Shown piece after piece: positions 10,467-21,241 of a stretch of DNA of 64,000 nucleotides (the first letter of the stretch is position 1; every line of letters starts with the position of its first letter). A model generated the notes under the pieces. That model was given only the letters and a program-made list of their open reading frames with translations, did no database searches and was not told where the DNA came from. The position numbers and the translations under genes are program-made. Source of the stretch: Ignavibacteriota bacterium (GTDB lineage Bacteria; Bacteroidota; Ignavibacteria; UBA10030; CAVZMI01). Location of the stretch: NCBI GenBank assembly GCA_963776275.1, contig CAVZMI010000018.1, positions 166,257 through 230,256 of the forward strand. The letters run 5' to 3'.

Positions 10467-11873
10467 ATGAGCGGTTTTTTCGGCAGTATTTCAAAAGATA
10501 CATGCGTGTCAGATGTATTTTATGGCACCGATTATCACTGTCACCTCGGCACGAAGAGGGGAGGGATGGCTTTCTATTCGAAAGAAGCGGGATTCCAGCG
10601 TGTCATTCACAATCTTGAAGACGGATATTTCAGAAATAAATTTGAAGACGATATACCGCGCTTTTCCGGTAATATCGGAATCGGCATCATAAGCGACACC
10701 GAGGCGCAACCAATTGTTGTGACATCGCATATGGGGCGATTCGCTGTCGCAACGGTCAGTAAAATTGTGAATATTGCCGAGCTGGAAAAACGCTGCCTGA
10801 AGCAGCGGCAGATATTTTCGGAAGTCAGTCAGGGTGCGGTTAATCCGACAGAACTCGTCGCTATGCTGATTGCCGAAGGAGAAGATTTTACATCCGGGAT
10901 ACAGAATGTCTACGATCATGTCAAGGGTTCCTGTTCCGTTCTGATATTGACCGAGAATTGTATTATTGTTGCACGCGACAAACTTGGAAGAACGCCTGTC
11001 GTATTGGGAAAAAAAGAAGGCGCTTATGCCGTTGCTTTTGAAACATGCTCTTTCCCGAATCTCAATTATGAAGTTGAAAAATATTTAGGGCCCGGTGAAG
11101 TTATCCGGATTACCGCCGATGGATACGAGCAATTGCGCAGGCCGAACGACAAAATGCAGATTTGCTCGTTTCTCTGGGTGTACTACGGATACCCGCCATC
11201 TTTTTATGAGGGAATTAACGTGGATGAGTGTCGCTACAGGTGCGGCGCCGCACTTGCAAGAAATGATTCTGTCGAGGCCGATTTTGTGGCAGGGATTCCG
11301 GACTCGGGTATCGGTCATGCTATGGGATACAGCAATGAAAAGAAGATCCCCATAAAACGTCCCTATACAAAGTACACGCTCACTTGGCAGCGAAGTTTTA
11401 TGCCGCAGAACCAGCAGATGCGCGATCTGGTTGCTAAGATGAAATTGATACCGAACGTATCGGTGATTAAAGGCAAAAGGGGAGTTTTTTGTGACGATTC
11501 AATCGTGCGTGGTACACAGCTGAAAGATAACGTACGCGATCTCCATGAAGCAGGGATTAAAGAAGTCCATATGCGTATCGCCTGTCCGCCTCTCACTTTT
11601 CCGTGCGAATTCCTGAATTTCAGCCGCTCCAGATCCAATCTGGATCTTGCATCACACACAGCGGTAAAACAGCTTGAAGGCAAAGAAGATTGTGACATGA
11701 AAGACTATTCCGATTTCCGCAATGAAAAATATAAAGCTATGGTGGAACAGATCAGAAAACGACTTGATTTTACAACCTTACAGTATCAAAAGCTCGATGA
11801 TTTGATAGATGCGATAGGACTGCCAAAAGAAAAACTCTGCACACATTGCTGGGACGGATCGAGCTATTTTTAG
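10467..11873 (+). CDS. purF: Amidophosphoribosyltransferase-like protein (no N-terminal Cys nucleophile)
   Basis: VAGIPDSG, CDDSIVRGT PRPP loop, HMRIACPP, C-terminal CTHCWDG; begins MSGFFG. Confidence 0.85.
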   Translation: MSGFFGSISKDTCVSDVFYGTDYHCHLGTKRGGMAFYSKEAGFQRVIHNLEDGYFRNKFEDDIPRFSGNIGIGIISDTEAQPIVVTSHMGRFAVATVSKIVNIAELEKRCLKQRQIFSEVSQGAVNPTELVAMLIAEGEDFTSGIQNVYDHVKGSCSVLILTENCIIVARDKLGRTPVVLGKKEGAYAVAFETCSFPNLNYEVEKYLGPGEVIRITADGYEQLRRPNDKMQICSFLWVYYGYPPSFYEGINVDECRYRCGAALARNDSVEADFVAGIPDSGIGHAMGYSNEKKIPIKRPYTKYTLTWQRSFMPQNQQMRDLVAKMKLIPNVSVIKGKRGVFCDDSIVRGTQLKDNVRDLHEAGIKEVHMRIACPPLTFPCEFLNFSRSRSNLDLASHTAVKQLEGKEDCDMKDYSDFRNEKYKAMVEQIRKRLDFTTLQYQKLDDLIDAIGLPKEKLCTHCWDGSSYF

Positions 11874-11994
11874 TGCGAAGCAGAAACGATCGATTCAGAT
11901 GACGGTTACATCCAACTTCACTCCAACTTCATAAGAATCCAGAAACAAAACATGCCTTAGGGCAGTACAGAAATCGTTTGCGTGAAAGGTTACC

Positions 11995-12200
11995 TCGAGA
12001 CTTGTCCTGAGCCTTCGGCCCGAGACCTCGGCGAGCTCGGTCGAGCCGCTCAGGCCGAGGGCTTGCCGAAGGACGCCCTGCTCAGCTGAAGCGGAGCAGG
12101 ACTACACCTCGACAAGCTTGTCCCGAGCCTGCCTGCCGTGAGCCTTGGGTCGAGCTTGTCGAGACCTCGTCGAACGGTCGAGGGACTCGGTGCATCGCTC
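11995..12200. repeat. Cluster of nested REP-like palindromes (GAG-x-CGAA family)
   Basis: cctgagcc..., gtcgagcttgtcgagacc; 12134-12182 is identical to 48354-48402. Confidence 0.75.
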
Positions 12201-12384
12201 GGTAACCTGGCTTTAAAACAATTTTGTCGAAATAAAGATAGGCCATCTCCCCCTTTTCCAAGGGGGTCTACGACCTGTAAGGAGATACAAAGGTGGTTCG
12301 CCAAAACACGTTATTTTATACTGCCCCGAATTGCCAGCCTAAATTGCTGTTACCAAAGCTTTTACACGATTGTAAAAATTTCTC

Positions 12385-12425
12385 TTGACATTATGATATT
12401 ATTATGATATCATTATAATATCATA
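12385..12425 (+). promoter_or_regulatory. Sigma70 promoter overlapped by TGATAT/ATATCA repeats
   Basis: TTGACA (12385), 17 bp, TATCAT (12408); repeated TGATAT/ATATCA boxes; AGGAGG RBS follows. Confidence 0.65.
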
Positions 12426-12441
12426 CACAGGAGGAATAAAC

Positions 12442-13317
12442 ATGCAACCCATTTCTGAAATTCGTGCCTGGCGGTTTATCGGTTTCGCCATGGCGGCCGT
12501 TTTTATTATTCTTATCATAGTCGAGGCTCTTCTTTTACGTGTAATGATCATGGAGAGAGATATTGGTATCCTCTGGTTCATAATTCCCTTGCTTCTTATC
12601 ATTGCAGCTATCCCGTCCGGTTTCTTCATTATTCATCCCAATGAGGCGAAGGTGCTGGTATTGTTTGGAAGATACATGGGAACGGTTCGCGATGCCGGGT
12701 TCTGGTGGTCGAATCCTTTTGTCGTGCGCAGACATGTTTCATTGAGGATACGTAATTTTAACAGCGAACGTTTGAAAGTTAACGATCTGAACGGAAATCC
12801 GATCGAGATTGCCGCTGTGGTTGTCTGGCGTGTCACCGATTCTGCCCGCGCGTTGTTTAACGTCGAGAACTACGAGCAGTTTGTTGCTATACAGAGCGAA
12901 ATGGCAATTCGCGCACTGGCGTCCGAATATCCCTATGATGCGCACGACGACGAACGCGCTTCGCTGCGCGGCTCGCCGCAGGAAGTTGCCGACAATCTGA
13001 AACGCCAGCTTCATGCAAAGCTGGAGATCGCCGGTGTGATCGTCGAGGATTCGCGGATCAGTCATCTTGCCTACGCGCAGGAAATTGCCCAGGCGATGCT
13101 GCGGCGCCAGCAGGCGCAGGCGATTGTTGCCGCGCGACAGAAGATCGTTGAAGGTGCAGTCGGGATGGTCGAGAGCGCTCTGAAGATGCTCAGCGAGCAA
13201 CATATCATCGAGCTCGATGAAGACAAAAAAGCAACAATGGTGAATAACCTGATGGTCGCGCTCGTCTCGGACCGCGAAGCACAGCCTGTAATCAATACGG
13301 GGACACTCTACCAGTGA
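12442..13317 (+). CDS. SPFH/band 7 domain membrane protein
   Basis: [38 protein letters not shown]. Confidence 0.92.
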   Translation: MQPISEIRAWRFIGFAMAAVFIILIIVEALLLRVMIMERDIGILWFIIPLLLIIAAIPSGFFIIHPNEAKVLVLFGRYMGTVRDAGFWWSNPFVVRRHVSLRIRNFNSERLKVNDLNGNPIEIAAVVVWRVTDSARALFNVENYEQFVAIQSEMAIRALASEYPYDAHDDERASLRGSPQEVADNLKRQLHAKLEIAGVIVEDSRISHLAYAQEIAQAMLRRQQAQAIVAARQKIVEGAVGMVESALKMLSEQHIIELDEDKKATMVNNLMVALVSDREAQPVINTGTLYQ

Positions 13318-13496
13318 GCGAAAAAAAGAAATTCCTTCTGAGGCTCGACGAAGATCTTTATAATGCAATCGAGAAGTGGGCTGCGGACGATTTACGGAGC
13401 ACGAATGCACAGATAGAATTTCTGTTGACTGAAGCGGTGAAAAAAACGAAAAGACTAGTGGCCAAAGGGGAGAGGCCTCTATCAGATTCTAAGTAA
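13314..13496 (+). CDS. Arc/ribbon-helix-helix DNA-binding protein
   Basis: [34 protein letters not shown]; GTGA overlap with the SPFH gene. Confidence 0.85.
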   Translation: MSEKKKFLLRLDEDLYNAIEKWAADDLRSTNAQIEFLLTEAVKKTKRLVAKGERPLSDSK

Positions 13497-13524
13497 ATGA
13501 TAGTATGATATTAAGAAATATTTC

Positions 13525-13561
13525 AAAAGCCGGAAGTCTGTATGCTTCCGGCTTTTTTTTT
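13525..13561 (+). terminator. Rho-independent terminator
   Basis: aaaaGCCGGAAG-tctgtatg-CTTCCGGC followed by a T-tract, between convergent genes. Confidence 0.85.
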
Positions 13562-13637
13562 GGTATTTTAAAAATAATAGAAAATGTCGGCATGACGAAA
13601 TGTTTAAAAATCGCTATCTTACACACTCATATGCCGA

Positions 13638-14060
13638 CTATTTCTCCTTTGGCTTTTCTTTATCTTTCGCGAGGGCAAATTTAAACGGAATAACCACCCA
13701 GACCTCAACAGGTTCACCTTTGAGAATGGCCGGTTTGAAACGCCACTTAAGAGAGGACTCCAGTGCTGCCGTATCGAGCTGAGCAGCGTCACTCTTGATC
13801 ACCCTTGCATCTTTCGGTACTCCATCGATACCGACAAGAACTTTGACGTATACGGTCCCCGTAATACCCTGTGCCTTCGCTTCCGGGGGATACTTCGGGG
13901 AAATCTGTTTTGTTGGGGATGGAAGCTCATCAACGTCGATCGTTTCATCGATACCGGGAGAAGTCCGCTTCTGTTTCTGTCCATCCGAGGCAAAAAGCGT
14001 TGATGATAGACAGCAGAAGACAATGATAGTGACAATAGAAGTAATAATTCGTTTAATCAT
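13638..14060 (-). CDS. TonB C-terminal domain protein
   Basis: PKYPPEAKAQGITGTVYVKVLV...WRFKPAILKGEPV. Confidence 0.88.
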   Translation of the reverse strand: MIKRIITSIVTIIVFCCLSSTLFASDGQKQKRTSPGIDETIDVDELPSPTKQISPKYPPEAKAQGITGTVYVKVLVGIDGVPKDARVIKSDAAQLDTAALESSLKWRFKPAILKGEPVEVWVVIPFKFALAKDKEKPKEK

Positions 14061-14092
14061 GACGGCACCTCTTAAATTGCAGATGTAAATGG

Positions 14093-14585
14093 TCAATAAA
14101 TGGTTTTATGATGTAATTCGGGCTTGAGTTCTATCGAACCGTTGTGAATCTCTTCATTTGCATATACTGTTGCGCCCGGGATCGTATACACATAAACGAC
14201 ACGGGCCGGCATTGCATATTCAGGCATTTGCACCGTAACCGCTCGTTCCGACGTTTTTTCACTGATGATATAGCCCGCAGCAAAAGCAAGAGTGAGCAAG
14301 ACGGCGATTAGCGTCCCGAAAGCGAAACGCGGCAAACGGATATGGAACTCGAATGTAGGGGCGCTTCTTTTCCGTCGTTGTAAACCGTAGATACTCCGGT
14401 CGATCTCAGCCGGATAGGGAACAGGGTCGTTCACGGCCATATCCCTGAACTCAATTATTTCTCTCCAGAACGTTTGACATGTAGGACATCCGAAGAGATG
14501 GGTAAACGCTTCTCCGATCGAGGGATCAGTTCGGTTCACCATCAAAAAACGCACTTAATTTTTCCTGATATTGTTCACAATTCAT
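14093..14585 (-). CDS. Zinc-binding anti-sigma factor (zf-HC2), frameshift near 14530
   Basis: True start likely MNCEQYQEKLSAFFDGE at 14585, then HLFGCPTC motif and a TM helix in the next frame. Confidence 0.75.
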
Positions 14586-15126
14586 GGCATTCCTCACCGT
14601 ATGTTGCATGGAGAATTGTACTGATCTGTTTCCGGGCTTTGAAGATTCTTGATTTTATTGCTGGAACCGAGGTGTGAAGAATTTCAGATATTTCTTCATA
14701 ACTCATCCCGTTCCACTCACGGAGGACGACGGCTTCCCTGTATTCCGTCGATAATTGAGAGAGTATGTGCTGGAGTACTCGTGCGCGTTCTGTACGCTCG
14801 GTTTCGTCGTCGGGTAGTTCCTGAGATACCATCATTGATAATTCCTCCTCTTTATTGAATTTCGATCGCCGAAGTGCCTTCAGACAGCCGTTACGAGCGA
14901 CGGTAAAAAGCCACGATTTCAGCCTCGAGCGGGGATCGGGGTATGGGGGATGACTGTACAGCATTATAAATACATCCTGCACAATATCCTTTGATTCCTC
15001 CTCGTTCCGTAGCATCCTGCGGCAGAACCGATATAACGGGACTTTATAGGCATTATAGATCTGGATAAAGGCCGAATCGTTCCCATCGACGAATTCCTGA
15101 AGTACGGGCCAATCAGGAGTGTTCAC
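14575..15126 (-). CDS. ECF RNA polymerase sigma factor
   Basis: DIVQDVFI, WLFTVARN, region 4 SYEEISEILHTSVPAIKSRIFKAR. Confidence 0.93.
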   Translation of the reverse strand: MNTPDWPVLQEFVDGNDSAFIQIYNAYKVPLYRFCRRMLRNEEESKDIVQDVFIMLYSHPPYPDPRSRLKSWLFTVARNGCLKALRRSKFNKEEELSMMVSQELPDDETERTERARVLQHILSQLSTEYREAVVLREWNGMSYEEISEILHTSVPAIKSRIFKARKQISTILHATYGEECHEL

Positions 15127-15325
15127 GTGTTCATCCTTGTCAGATTCTTATATTACTATAATCCACAAGTGTTGAAAAAGTTTCCCGGGAAGGAACATCC
15201 TGTAGTTGCCCAGCAGGGGAAATAAAATGATTTACCTACCTCGGTTTGTCTTCTTAGAGGACGAATTTAAAGGGAATAAAACCCCGGGTCTGAGCCGGTC
15301 GTTTTTGCAGCATCGCCGGTCGTGA

Positions 15326-15949
15326 TTATGTCTTTGGCTCAAGAGGCAATATTTTCGGAAACCCAACAAAGCGTCTCAAGATTACCAAAATTGATAGCAT
15401 CGATAGGCATAGCGATAAAACTATAAACAACCAGGTTAGGTTGCTTCCGATGATGCCCTGAATTGCATAGAAGTCGCCTCTATCGCCGGTGAGAAATGCG
15501 ATAGGCTCGCATACGAAATCAAATGCAGGCCTGAGGCATAAAAGCATGAAGACAAGACCACCGATAAAAGGATTCCTGGACAAATCTCGTCGTAAAACAA
15601 CTATGCCTGCAACAATGCACAGTATATCCAGTAAGTATGGAAAGGATGACGTGACCAGCTGCTGCCAACTGTGGGTAATCCCGTCAGTTGTGATCCAGGC
15701 GCGTCCGAACTCTCCCAGCCAGAATCTTGGTATGAGCTTGTAATCGACGACCTTGGCGCCCACCAGGTATGTTCCAGCAACATGGCTGAGCTCATGTAAC
15801 AATGAGTAGGTAAGATACCAGAGCACAGGTATGCTCACGAGACAAGGGATGATGGTGCGTAAGGGCCAGTTTCCCTTCAGGTACAGAAAAAGCAAAGGCG
15901 CAACGACTACCAACGAGATCTCTAATGTGATTAGTAGTTCTTTGTTCAT
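15326..15949 (-). CDS. Membrane protein with HExxH motif (M50-like metallopeptidase)
   Basis: LLHELSHVAG, multiple TM helices, GDF. Confidence 0.6.
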   Translation of the reverse strand: MNKELLITLEISLVVVAPLLFLYLKGNWPLRTIIPCLVSIPVLWYLTYSLLHELSHVAGTYLVGAKVVDYKLIPRFWLGEFGRAWITTDGITHSWQQLVTSSFPYLLDILCIVAGIVVLRRDLSRNPFIGGLVFMLLCLRPAFDFVCEPIAFLTGDRGDFYAIQGIIGSNLTWLFIVLSLCLSMLSILVILRRFVGFPKILPLEPKT

Positions 15950-16031
15950 GAGTTGCCTTTTTTATGGACTGGCGGCGCACGCAATGCCGAGCACCACGCT
16001 TTTCCATCAAATGAGTGTTATAGCGCGTTTT

Positions 16032-17060
16032 TTAATGGGTCATAAACTTTTCAAGTTCGTCCTTATATACAGGGTGCGGATTTAATTCAATTGCCTTTTT
16101 CATTGATTGAATTGCTTTTTCTCTATCTCCTGATTCAAAAAAAAGCCAGGCCTGGGTATCATAGTAATTCGCATAATTAGGATTAATTATAATTGCTTTA
16201 TGAACCATATCTAGAGCCTTCGCATAATCCTTTTTAATTTTAAATGTACAAATCATCCATGCATATTTATTTAATATCTCAGGATTTTCAGGATATTTAG
16301 CAAAGGCTTCTTCACAAGTTGTAAGGCAATCAATCTCATCTTTCTTGTTTTTCAAATCATCTATTAAATAAATATAAGCTTTGGGAATGAAATCATTTTT
16401 TGCATAGACTTTGATATATTTCTGCAATTTATCAATTTTTCCTGTCGTTATTAACTCATTTTCTGCAATCCTGAAACGGCACTCAGCATGCAATCCAAGT
16501 TTGTCTTCAGAATCATAAAATAGGACTTTGTTAAAATGTTTGTTGGCTTCTTCAAATTGATATCTGAATAATAGTTTTCTAGCCATTAAAAAATTACTCA
16601 TTACATTTAAGGTATCCTTTTGATATTTATCGAGTACATCTTTATACAAATTTTTACCGGTAGCAACGTCTCTTAAAAAGTCTAAATACAAATCTTTTTC
16701 TCCATCATATCCAATTGTACGCTCAATCTCATTACCGGTTTCATCATAATATATTATCGAACTCTGATAAACAAGATTAAAGTATTTGAACAAAGACTCG
16801 TATAGTGAATCGGCAGGCGACACTTTAACTATCAGAAAATATTTATCCAAGAATTCTTTATTTTTATCATTATCAAAAATGTCTCGTTTCAATTTAATAC
16901 ATGGTCCGCATGAGGGTGCCCAAAATTCAATGACAAGTATTTTGTTCTCCTTTTTTGCCGATTGAATAGCATTATTTACAAAGTCAATTTCTTTGGCTTC
17001 CTGGCTAAATAGTGCCAATGGAATTAAAAATAGTATCAAAATATAAAGATGATGTTTCAT
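16032..17060 (-). CDS. Thioredoxin-like domain plus TPR protein
   Basis: WAPSCGPC; C-terminal TPR (LNKYAW...YYDTQAW); visibly AT-rich. Confidence 0.8.
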   Translation of the reverse strand: MKHHLYILILFLIPLALFSQEAKEIDFVNNAIQSAKKENKILVIEFWAPSCGPCIKLKRDIFDNDKNKEFLDKYFLIVKVSPADSLYESLFKYFNLVYQSSIIYYDETGNEIERTIGYDGEKDLYLDFLRDVATGKNLYKDVLDKYQKDTLNVMSNFLMARKLLFRYQFEEANKHFNKVLFYDSEDKLGLHAECRFRIAENELITTGKIDKLQKYIKVYAKNDFIPKAYIYLIDDLKNKKDEIDCLTTCEEAFAKYPENPEILNKYAWMICTFKIKKDYAKALDMVHKAIIINPNYANYYDTQAWLFFESGDREKAIQSMKKAIELNPHPVYKDELEKFMTH

Positions 17061-17145
17061 AAGGATAATATTTTAGTTAGAAATACCTGTCATTAAGGTA
17101 ATAATTATTTTATATGTTTTGCAATTATTAATTTGGTGGTTACAA

Positions 17146-19151
17146 TTATTTCAACAAGATGAGTTTTTTAGTCTGAATAAAATCCCCGGCTTTGAGCATG
17201 TAGAAATATACACCGCTGGATAATCCGGTTCCGTCAAACCTCACTCGCTTATATCCCGGATCTTCAGTACTATCCACCAGTCTTGCGACTTCACAGCCTA
17301 GTATGTCATACACTATGAGTGTGACTCGGATTTTACTTGGAAGCTGATAGCTGATTGTTGTGTTAGGATTGAACGGATTAGGATAACTCTGTTCCAGTCT
17401 GAATGAAGATGGTGAACTGCTATGACTGTCTTCATTGATAACAGTCGACAGCATATATTCATACGCCCCGATATCGAATGGATTCGTCGTTCGAAGTACA
17501 CCGAGAAGATCTCTCTCGACGACTGAGGACACATTCAGTCCGGTATTGACACATGGACTGGTATTCTGCAATTGGAAATTATTTGCACCAGAATTTACAA
17601 ATTGAGGATCTGCATTGAGTGCACCTGTATCCCAACCAGGCGCAGTACCGGCACCGAACCAGCAGTTAAGATGATTAGCTGATGGCAGGACTGTAGATTC
17701 CGTCGCCATATATGGCTCGCCTGTCGAATATATGATATTATTGCTGAATTGAATAACGCTCGATCGCTCGAGTGCCTCCGGTGAGATGAGAATATGACCT
17801 GTCTCCTCTGAGAATGCCGCCCCGGAAAATCCACAACCATACAATGTGTTGTTGTAGCAATAAGCATCCGTCTTATTGATGAATTCGTGTCCGGTATTGA
17901 TATGAATGCCACAGTGATACGATGGATCCGACCACTCAGGCCAAGTCCGGCATTGATAAGCAGATTGTTGTAAATCCAATTGTCTCCTATCACATAATAT
18001 CCGAGCATTATTCCATCACCACGCTGGTTGAGAATGACGTTATCGTGAATTCGGTGCTGTTCGATAAATGCTGATGAATCCTGTTCGCTGTAAATATTGA
18101 TACCACGATTGGAGAGATTGTCATGAACATAATTCCAGCCAACATCTCTTCTCGATTCCGTCGGCGCTCTCGGCCCTGAATCCTGTCGAACACCTTTCAC
18201 ATAGATCGTATGGTAGAGTTTATCACACGCTGCTCGACCTACGTTTGTGCATTCATTACCAAGAACAAATATATCATTCCCGACGCAATCGATGGCTCCA
18301 TCCATCCCATCTCCGTTCGGTGCAGTGACGTAATTCCCGATGATTCGAAATCCTGTCTGTGCGGGAAGACCTAGCTGACCTGTTGTCACAGTAAATTTTG
18401 AGAGAACCCAATGTGTCGAGTATCCATCTTTGCTTTCATTCCAGACAAAAAAAGCACGTTCCAGAATTTCATTCCCTACACGAGATGTGGCGTTGGGATA
18501 CACGATCAATGATTTTGGTCTGCCGGTTTCTCCATCAGTAGTGAGGTTGACACACGCACTTGCATCGATCTCTGTTATTTGATTAACACTATCACAGATA
18601 TATGTAATATCACCCGATGCGATTGTCGTGACTGCTTTATTGATTGTACTCCAAGGTTGTGACCAGCTTCCATCGCCCCCGTTATCATCTCCGGTCGCTT
18701 TGACAAAGAATATATTTCCGCTGCGGACGGTAAAAGGTAGTGAATTTGATTGTATGCCGCCATCCATTACATATATTTCACCCAGACCATCCTGCGCAAG
18801 GTGATTGACTTGGAATGAAATCATTTGCATCCTGTAATAGGAGTACAGGTTCGCCGGTTGTGTTGCATTACCCCACGAGTAATATGAAGCGGCATCTGCG
18901 CTGTTACAAACAACTCTTGAATTACCCTGTGACGCACCAAGGTTCACTCCCCAAATAGTAACAATAGCGCCATCCAGTCCCGGCGTTCGTGCACCGGATG
19001 CATCGCTATTACCCGATTTAGGCCCACTCGCAATATCAGAAAAATACAAAACCGGATCAGCCGCCTGGGCAGGGCAAATAAAGATTCCATTTCCGATGAA
19101 AAAAAGGAAAATCACTGATAATCGCTTCAAAAATATTTTAAAATTTTCCAT
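17146..19151 (-). CDS. Secreted beta-helix protein with Ig-like domain and T9SS/FlgD-type C-terminal sorting domain (frameshift near 17940)
   Basis: Signal peptide, GAIVTIWGVNLG, parallel beta-helix repeats, DIGAYE, SYPNPFNP...GVYFYMLKAGDFIQTKKLILLK. Confidence 0.75.
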
Positions 19152-19184
19152 TTTGGTCTCCTACTGATTAGTGAGGAAAAATGA

Positions 19185-19281
19185 CATCACGTTGTCCCGC
19201 TCCAGATGTCATCGGGAACGGGATGAGCAATGGGATGTTCGTTCGGTTTATACTTTGGCACCATTTTTATAGCGGTTAGGT
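19185..19281 (-). other. attC-like site
   Basis: Minus strand ACCTAAC at 19281-19275; interior (acgaacatcccattgctcatcccg) is homologous to the site at 35296-35409. Confidence 0.55.
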
Positions 19282-19310
19282 GCCGCGCTGGATTGTCAAA
19301 GATGAAAATA

Positions 19311-19850
19311 TCATCTCAAAACCTGGATGTCTCCATGAGTTTGTTCATTTTGGGCTGCAATTATCACACGATATATTCCCTCTGGAACAGACTGATGAAG
19401 ACTGTCCCGTAGTTCCCATAGTATGGTATAATACCCCGCGCTCAGTGTCTCCGCTACAAGGGTTGTAATGCATCTGTCTGGTTTGTCGTACACTCTAGCT
19501 TCTACGTATGAGGCATGTACGATTGCGAATCTGATATTGCATCCCAATCTACGTTCGTCAAACCCATAAGAGATTGAATCTCTCCCCACAGGATTTGGGA
19601 ACGCGGGCAGAGCAAATAGTATGTGATCGGTTGGATTACCTCCCATTGGAACCCAACGAAAATCCCATCGTGGTTGCCAATCGGTAGTGTCATCTTCGAT
19701 GATGACACCAAAAGTGTCAGTTTTTGTGATGCCGCTAAAGGGTGTACAATTGGAATCGTTGATCGGATTTCCATTTTTCTTGCAACTCGATGCAAAAAAT
19801 AACGATATGATTGTTATCATTGCAGCAGTTGTTTTTATATATCTTAACAT
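19311..19850 (-). CDS. Lipoprotein with FlgD-Ig-like domain
   Basis: Lipobox FASSC; PAFPNP...GYYTILWELRD...VPEGIY. Confidence 0.65.
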   Translation of the reverse strand: MLRYIKTTAAMITIISLFFASSCKKNGNPINDSNCTPFSGITKTDTFGVIIEDDTTDWQPRWDFRWVPMGGNPTDHILFALPAFPNPVGRDSISYGFDERRLGCNIRFAIVHASYVEARVYDKPDRCITTLVAETLSAGYYTILWELRDSLHQSVPEGIYRVIIAAQNEQTHGDIQVLR

Positions 19851-20362
19851 GGCTGGGTTCTTCCTTAAATCGATTTGAAATATGGCGCATGGTAAATTAG
19901 AAAAGGTCTCACTTTCGTGGCGGTGTGAATATCCGTATTTAACGGATAACGAAGTTGGCATAACACCGACGAAATGAGATTCACCTACTCACAATGAAAG
20001 TAGCAAAACTTAACGTCAGAGGCAAGATGGCCCCTCTGAGTCGGAGGGAGAGTTCAAGGACCTCATTGCACACCCAGAGAAGTTCCATCATTTGCAAGAA
20101 TAAAGATGACTGCAATTAGTATGAAATGATATGTTTTCATGGTAGAATTACATTTCTTGGATGTTCAAATGATAATTGCATCTGCTATGTATAAACTCAA
20201 GAGCCAACCTGCCCGCCGAAGCTTTAGCGTAGGCGGGCCTATCCGCCGTTCTTGCGGATCCCGAGCTTGCCGAGGGATGGCGGGGGACTTTTAGGGATAT
20301 TTAATACAAAAAATAAAGTGAGACAATATTCTCTCGGATTTCGTCGCGCCACAATAAATTAT

Positions 20363-20812
20363 TCACTTGTTGGATATTTGCTTTATAAATCGATCGATAT
20401 TCTCTTGAATGTCGCTCGGGAAACAATAACGAGCATATTTCCATACTTTTCTTGTGGCAGATTGTTCGAACATTCGTTGGCGGTAATCACTCTCTCTTAA
20501 TTGTTCATAAATTGCCTTACCATGTGCTGTGCAATATGCGCAGAGTGCGCCGACACTGAGTACCAGATATGCAATATCTTGAGGAGAAATACCCTGCTTG
20601 CTGGCAGCTTTTAAATTGATTCCATGGAATTTGAGTGCACTTGGCCAATCGGCAAGTTTAGACTCAAACGAATTATCGCGCTGGATATCAAATAATGCCG
20701 CTTGTATTCGATTACGCGTGGTTTCTACAGAATGTTTCTCAAGCATAGAAATAGCAAATGAGATAATAGAAAAAACAAAAGCCAAGAGTGAAATCGTCAC
20801 AGATGTTTCCAT
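20363..20812 (-). CDS. Hypothetical protein with N-terminal TM helix
   Basis: AAGGAG RBS, hydrophobic N-terminus, helical body. Confidence 0.65.
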   Translation of the reverse strand: METSVTISLLAFVFSIISFAISMLEKHSVETTRNRIQAALFDIQRDNSFESKLADWPSALKFHGINLKAASKQGISPQDIAYLVLSVGALCAYCTAHGKAIYEQLRESDYRQRMFEQSATRKVWKYARYCFPSDIQENIDRFIKQISNK

Positions 20813-21241
20813 AATTAACTCCTTCGGCTTAATTCAACCGTAAAATTAAAGGGTGGTACTCAGTACATTAAAGGACATCATGGCGAATTAAAGCCAAAAG
20901 CTCATCAATATTTGTCTCATAGAATCGTACTTTGACCACCATTTTTGTGTTTCGTTCTTTACGTCCCACGCTCCGGGTTCCTTCCGTCCCACGGTTTCTG
21001 TGGGATTTGTGGGGCACAGTGGGGCGATGGGATTGCGGGGACCTTTTAAAAAGTGTCAGCTGGCGTTTGCATTTCATATGTTTGAATCTAATCGTAATGT
21101 TTAAACTCTGCCCAGTCATCATTCAGCGTAGATCGACGATTCTTGCCGATCCAGACACCATGTTGTTTTCATACGATATGCAATAGTAATCCTTGATTGT
21201 GCCCGCTTGAATGACTTCGCTATATAATTCTCTTATCGCTT

